A DNA stretch of 64,000 bases from an uncultured virus (IMG/VR IMGVR_UViG_2061766007_000036) (lineage: Duplodnaviria > Heunggongvirae > Uroviricota > Caudoviricetes). This document shows positions 58,840-64,000 of the stretch, one piece after another. The stretch's first letter is position 1. Each line of letters opens with the position of its first letter. A program made the position numbers and the translations under genes. Location of the stretch: the IMG/VR virus record IMGVR_UViG_2061766007_000036; one strand, written 5' to 3'. The notes under the pieces were generated by a model. That model ran no database searches. It was not told the DNA's origin and saw only the letters and a list, made by a program, of their open reading frames with translations.

Positions 58840-59866
58840 CGTTTCCCTCTCATCTTCTTCAGTACCTTGCGAATCACCGTCAACGCATTGCCGATGACCC
58901 ACTTCATCTCTTCATTCCTCTTTCGGGTGTCGAACCACATCCAAACCGTGAGCCCCGTCAAGACAAGGTTGACAGCCGTCAGCACATACATCACCGTCGT
59001 AGCGCCATCAGCCTCTCTATCGCCGACACATAGGCATCGGGCGACGTATCGGCGAACAACTTCGCACTTTCCATCATCTTCAGAATCAGCTCGTCCAACG
59101 CCTTTCCAATTTCGTCGTTCTTCACAGCCTCTTTCTTTGCCCTCGGAGCCAACGCTGTGAGGATATCGAACGCCCTCTCAATGGCTTCGTCGGAACATGC
59201 GTTGATGTCGAGGCACTTTCCAAATCCTGCACTCGGCTCGCTATCGTCACATGCTTCCACCCACACGTCTCTCAAATTGCATTCCTCGCACTCACGAAGA
59301 CTGCAATATCTGCTAATCTCATCTCTCAGTTCCATTTATTCACCCCATCCGTTGTACTTGTCTCGCAACTGAATCCAACCTATCTTCTGCGGGCACTCCT
59401 TCAGAGCCTTCAGCACATTGCTGTCTTCCACGTAGTACCCGCCCCACAGACAGAAGTTCTTTCTTCCGGGGTACTTCACGTAAATCTCCACCAACGGCAT
59501 CCGCCCTACTCGGTATCCGATTCGGTATTCCTTATCGGTCATGCGGAAAGTCACCGCACGGTAGTCCCTCTTCCGAAGAAACGGTCTCTTCTCGAGTTCT
59601 CTCATTGCTTCACGAAAGGTCATTCCGCACAATCCTCTCAATCTCCGCCATCGCCTCAGAGGCACTGCCGTACATGTATCCGCCAATCCCATCGAAGTAC
59701 TTGAAGTTCCTTCGACCAATCGCTCTGCGGTCAATCCCAATGTAGGAAGCAAAGCCTCCCATGTATTTCAGACGGTACTCGAAGCCACCGTATACGAACC
59801 TCTTCCCGTCCAACTTTCTGAGGGAGCGCTCCTGCGCCCCGATAATCTGTCTCGCTTCAGTCAACG

Positions 59867-60307
59867 TCACGTCTCTGCCCTCCTGTAGTACCCGTACACA
59901 CATCTCGTTCCGCCTCTTGAGCAGTCGTAGGTGTCGTGAATGACACCATCTATCACCGCAGTCAAGTGTCTACTGAGACTGCAAACAATCTTACCATTCG
60001 GTAATTCTTCGGCACGCAAATGCACAGTACACCCCGTACCAATCTTCATCAGAGGAATCCATTCCCATCCCAAGGCATCCATCACCTTGTGGATGCAGTC
60101 CTTATACACGCCCGTCCGAGCGCTCGACTTTCCGCTTCCTCTGTGCTTCTTCGGAACCTTCTCCGTCTTGGCGGTCTCGTTTATCATCTTGTACACTTCC
60201 GCATACGGTCTGCCCGTCGCAATCGAAATCGCTCTGCACACGCAGTCGCCCGTCTTGCCCTTGTAGCCCGCCTCTTCACGTCCGCCGTCATCGTAAATCC
60301 ACTCCAT
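59867..60307 (-). CDS. Putative papain-like Cys-His-Asp protein
   Basis: GDCVCRAISIATG..HLTAVIDGVIHDTYD. Confidence 0.6.
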   Translation of the reverse strand: MEWIYDDGGREEAGYKGKTGDCVCRAISIATGRPYAEVYKMINETAKTEKVPKKHRGSGKSSARTGVYKDCIHKVMDALGWEWIPLMKIGTGCTVHLRAEELPNGKIVCSLSRHLTAVIDGVIHDTYDCSRGGTRCVYGYYRRAET

Positions 60308-60336
60308 TTGCAGTCCTCCTTCTCGATTCTGTCTGT

Positions 60337-60365
60337 ATTATACCACACATACAGCCTCTCGTCAA
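60337..60365 (-). promoter_or_regulatory. Consensus SigA promoter
   Basis: TTGACG-N17-TATAAT with extended TG. Confidence 0.8.
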
Positions 60366-60658
60366 GTACCAATCCGAAAATTTTCGGAGAAAGTTTCACC
60401 GACGAAGCATCAGATTGACGGCATCGAACTCCTCGTTTGCCTTGTCCAAGTCTTTGAGGGCTTTCTCCTTACGCTCCGACCATCGTTTCCAACGGTCGGA
60501 GCCGATTTCACCGTCGAGAGCCCACATAGCATCGTTGCAGTCACGCACCACATCGGTGAGCCGAGCCATCCTGTGCCACAGTTTCTTCCGCTTATCCAAC
60601 AGTTGTGAATAAGTATTCAAGTCCATTCCTTTGGGTATGGTTACGAGCTCCGAAATGG

Positions 60659-61258
60659 TCATAGGGTGACCTCAATCGTAACCTTCGCACCCGTGCCCTT
60701 GAGCGCACGGAACATTGCCAACAGCGCCTCTTCTTCCACGTGGTTCGTCCACGCCTCTTCGAGGGACTTCTCGTCTTCGGGCTCTGCAACGGAGTCGACG
60801 ACCGTATCCACAGGGGCTTCCGCAGGCTCTTCCTGCACCGGCCCGGCAATGAACTCATCCCACGCCTGCTCACGCAGTTTCAGACCTCTCGGTACGGTAT
60901 ACCCGAGTTCTTTGCACTTCTTGCTTACCGTGAGGTCTGTCACTCCGAGCATCTCGGAAATCACCTTGAGGTTCGCTCCGTACTTTGTCTGCAAGCCCTC
61001 AATGTAGCCCTTCTGAGCATTGGGGGCCATCTGTTTGAACACTTTCCACGGCAGTGGAATATTGGGGGTCTCTCCTTCATTGGTCAGCACTCGCAAATCA
61101 CCGTTCATGCCTGCTCTCTCCCTTTTTGTCATATAATCGCTCGGCATATTTACCGAAAACTTCTTCTTCTTGCCTTTAATCGTGCCACGAGACTGATTCA
61201 CGAGTCTCTTTCTCTGCATTACTTCATAATCGAAATCATTCATCCAATTCAACTCCAT
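60659..61258 (-). CDS. HTH-containing hypothetical protein
   Basis: LKVISEMLGVTDLTVSK. Confidence 0.6.
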   Translation of the reverse strand: MELNWMNDFDYEVMQRKRLVNQSRGTIKGKKKKFSVNMPSDYMTKRERAGMNGDLRVLTNEGETPNIPLPWKVFKQMAPNAQKGYIEGLQTKYGANLKVISEMLGVTDLTVSKKCKELGYTVPRGLKLREQAWDEFIAGPVQEEPAEAPVDTVVDSVAEPEDEKSLEEAWTNHVEEEALLAMFRALKGTGAKVTIEVTL

Positions 61259-61508
61259 ACATCACTATCGGAGCGCCTTCTCCCATATAGGGCAAAGCCC
61301 TTATGGTGTTGTACTCAATCCACTCCACTGCTTCCAACTCTTCCCATCCCTGCGTCTCTACTATCCACTGAACCATCTTGTCGTAGTCATACACGCATCT
61401 GTCGTCCCACGTCATGCCTACGAACGCAGAATCGTAGGAGAAGTCCGACAGATACTTCACACCCTCGTATCCGTTCTCTTCGAGCCATTGCCCAACGTCC
61501 ACTGTCAT
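61236..61508 (-). CDS. Conserved acidic phage protein
   Basis: YDSAFVG..VYDYDKMV..EAVEWIEYNTIRALPYMG. Confidence 0.7.
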   Translation of the reverse strand: MTVDVGQWLEENGYEGVKYLSDFSYDSAFVGMTWDDRCVYDYDKMVQWIVETQGWEELEAVEWIEYNTIRALPYMGEGAPIVMYGVELDE

Positions 61509-61786
61509 ACCTCCACTTCTATAACATCAACCTCGGTCGTCCAATATTTCGTGTTCTCCGGGTTCCTGTATGACCATGCTCTCTTCGCATGGTCTTTCCT
61601 GTTGTATCCGTACTCTCTTGCCAAATACAGGTTCAGAGGGCTTTCCATGTGGGTGGCTTTGGCATGACTCCCCGCCATGCCAAGCACCCGCTCCTGCTTC
61701 CCGTAGTAGCATATCTGTTCCTGCCCCGCAAAATTCGGGTTCTCGTCAGTCGCCACGCTCGTGGTCTTCACCAAATACTTCTTCAT
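61505..61786 (-). CDS. Hypothetical protein
   Basis: Coupled ORF. Confidence 0.6.
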   Translation of the reverse strand: MKKYLVKTTSVATDENPNFAGQEQICYYGKQERVLGMAGSHAKATHMESPLNLYLAREYGYNRKDHAKRAWSYRNPENTKYWTTEVDVIEVEV

Positions 61787-61798
61787 CGTGCCACCTTT

Positions 61799-62098
61799 TC
61801 AATCGTTGAAGTATTCTCCATAAGCCATTTCCATTTCTGCTACCTTTTTCATTTCGTGTTCTGCTACCTTTTTCATTTCGTGTTCTGCTACCTTTTTCAT
61901 TTCGTGCGTCTGAGCGCACAGCATCATGTACGCCTTCATATTCGTTACCCCATACGGCAACTCCCATTTATACGACAGTCCGTCTTTGCTGACTCGGTAC
62001 ACTGTCTTGCTGTTGTACTGCTTTAACATCTCACATTCGAATCCGTTCTTCGCAAACCACTTCTCTGCGTACGTCTCGTTCTTCGTCTTCTCTTTCAT
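61799..62098 (-). CDS. Hypothetical protein with HEMKKVAE x3
   Basis: Contains a 24-bp tandem repeat. Confidence 0.6.
   Translation of the reverse strand: MKEKTKNETYAEKWFAKNGFECEMLKQYNSKTVYRVSKDGLSYKWELPYGVTNMKAYMMLCAQTHEMKKVAEHEMKKVAEHEMKKVAEMEMAYGEYFND
61835..61906. repeat. 24-bp tandem repeat x3
   Basis: ttctgctacctttttcatttcgtg x3. Confidence 0.95.
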
Positions 62099-62488
62099 TT
62101 CAGTTCCTCCTCAAAAACTCCATTAGTTCATCAGCGTCAATCATTCTCTTTGCACGCTCTTTCTTTTCTGCGCTTGCGCAGTACCAATCGCCGCCATTCT
62201 TCTGTAAGTTATATAGAGCGCAATACGAACCAATGTTCGGACGGTCATAATAGTATTTGCAGTCTTTGCATCTGACTATGCTTTCCACTTTGGCATGGCT
62301 GACTTCAATCGTACTCGGGTACGCCGTGCCAATCGTTCCCGTCTGAATCGTTCCTGTCTTAATCGTTTCGGCAACAACATTATCGGTTTTCTTTTCTTTC
62401 TTTTCTCTCTTCTCTTCCAAGGTCTTGCTTATCAGTATCACGCCAACGTAAATCAGCTCAACCAACGCAATTATCCTTATTACAAGCA

Positions 62489-62920
62489 TCATGCTTCCTT
62501 CACCGTCCTGTACTCCAACGTACGCCGCCAATCGTCATACCCGAATACGTGGCTCTCGCACTTGTACTCCAACTTCACGCCCATCAGCTCCGCTACCTTC
62601 TCTAAGTGCTCCTGTATCTTGTTTAGCGAACCCCGGTTCCACTCGAGCATTCCTTCCTCACAGCGGTGCTCCTTCTTGTGAGCATAGTTCAATGCCACCA
62701 ACTCAGAGTAGTCGTTGTACTCCTCTATCAGCATCTTCAGCATCTCTCTCGTGGCATCCCACTCGCTGACCGCTTCTTCGTATACGTCCACTTCAAACCC
62801 GTACCCGTCGTACGGCTTAATCGTGACCCCTTCCTGTCCGTCGTCTTCCCACACGCCTGTCACTATACATTTGTGTCCTCTGTGCATTACGACATCATCC
62901 ACATTGTATTTGTGTTCCAT
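62489..62920 (-). CDS. Hypothetical protein, first gene after the structured leader
   Basis: aaggagg RBS. Confidence 0.7.
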   Translation of the reverse strand: MEHKYNVDDVVMHRGHKCIVTGVWEDDGQEGVTIKPYDGYGFEVDVYEEAVSEWDATREMLKMLIEEYNDYSELVALNYAHKKEHRCEEGMLEWNRGSLNKIQEHLEKVAELMGVKLEYKCESHVFGYDDWRRTLEYRTVKEA

Positions 62921-62956
62921 ATGTACCTCCTTCTCTTTGTTTACCTTACTTTACTT

Positions 62957-63132
62957 GATGTCCGCTCACTTCGACCGCCGTATAGAGCCGCATCCCCTTC
63001 AACCCCGACGAATAGAGTATCCAGTGCGTTCGTCTTTCGCCCCCGGCGACCCAAGTGAACCGACATCTCTCGGGAGGGTAGCCGTCATTCCTCTTCTTTC
63101 AGATTCCCACCACGACTACCCATCATTCCCGA
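62957..63132 (-). ncRNA. Candidate structured leader/ncRNA
   Basis: Two long stems with G-U pairs on the minus strand, just downstream of a perfect promoter. Confidence 0.5.
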
Positions 63133-63142
63133 TTTCGCTCTG

Positions 63143-63171
63143 ATTATACCACATATGTCAGCATATGTCAA
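63143..63171 (-). promoter_or_regulatory. Perfect SigA promoter with an internal direct repeat
   Basis: TTGACA-N17-TATAAT; catatgtca x2. Confidence 0.85.
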
Positions 63172-63443
63172 TGCCCAAATCCTAAAAATTTAGGAAAATA
63201 TATTACCATAGTCGACGCACAAAAAATACCCCAAAATTTTTTGGGGCACTTTCAAAAAGAGGAGTCCGATATATACGACGCATTCCTTATTATATGGGGA
63301 CATAGGCGTGGAGAGGGAGGATGAGGTCAAAATTTTTGTGAGGGTTTGCGCACCGCTTTCGAGCGCCCCCACTAAAAAGATTGATAATACGTATTTCAAG
63401 AATTGGGAGGGGGTAGGGCTTCCCCTCCCTCCGCCCCGAGTCA

Positions 63444-63727
63444 GATTGATAATCCTGCGTGCTGTGCGTGCGCCCCCTTCGTCTGAGCTCTGCTGTCTGT
63501 GTGCGCTGTGCGCCTCGCTCTGCGCCTCTGCATGCGTGCTCACTGCGTACGCTCTGCGTGTGCTCTGTGCTGTGTGGTCTGCCTCTCGCCTCTCTTGCTC
63601 TGTGCGCCTCTGTGAGCGTGTCTGTGTATGTATGCTCTTGCGTGCTGTGCTGTGCTGTGTGCGCCTGCGCTGTCTGTGCGGTCTCTGCGTGAACTGAGGC
63701 ACGAGTGCTGATTGATAATCCTGTGTG
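63444..63727. repeat. Strand-skewed low-complexity tract bounded by a direct repeat
   Basis: gattgataatcctg[c/t]gtg at 63444 and 63710; tgtgc/ctctg-rich interior. Confidence 0.7.
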
Positions 63728-64000
63728 GCGCAAAAAAGCGCTCGCCTGTCGGCGGGCGCTGTCTGTGCTTTTATATGACTGTCCATTCGAACGGCGCTAT
63801 GCGCTTCAGCGTTCTGTATGACTCTGCGCCTGTCCACTCGTTCACATAGGTCTCACGAACCACAAGGGCGTTTCCCTGTTCGTCTCTTTCCACTACTTCA
63901 ACGTTAATAGGCATCTCTTTCATTGTTTCGTCCTCCTCTTTTCTGTTCTCTGTACAGGGCTTTTCAGCCCTGTACAGGAATCCATCTGCCTTCATCGTTT

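Larger units (their letters stand above)
56453..64000. mobile_element. Phage C arm (minus-strand early/middle genes)
   Basis: Starts after an N gap; distinct oligonucleotide usage; methyltransferase and many small ORFs. Confidence 0.7.

Noticed and set aside
63190..63837. Long ORFs across the low-complexity tract
   Set aside because: They are open in several frames on both strands because the skewed composition lacks stop codons; no RBS or protein-like features.
1..64000. A single 64-kb phage genome
   Set aside because: It has two SSBs, two lysin/holin sets, two replication systems and distinct oligonucleotide usage, with joins at N gaps inside shared repeats.

Overview
This is a gapped, metagenome-style scaffold made entirely of tailed-phage DNA from Firmicutes (Clostridia-like) phages. 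It appears to join three different phages at N gaps that fall inside shared arrays of small modular genes. Segment A (about 1-10759) is a temperate phage in its excised attP configuration: replication/recombination operon, cro/cI switch, tyrosine integrase, attP with a tRNA 3'-end core, then endolysin and holin. Segment B (about 10770-56442) is an apparently near-complete, circularly permuted ~46 kb siphovirus. It has a full head/tail/lysis module, a split primase-helicase, no tyrosine integrase, a resolvase, and an opposite-strand island between terS and terL. Segment C (about 56453-64000) is a phage arm with a DNA methyltransferase and strong 4-mer avoidance. The most interesting locus is in segment A: a stand-alone Cas7/RAMP-like gene (5077-5670) with no CRISPR array or other cas genes, co-oriented with a ~350 nt degenerate pentamer array (5921-6280, NG[C/A]-NN units). 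This is a candidate phage RNA-guided system. All protein calls come from motif recognition by eye; no database searches were run.
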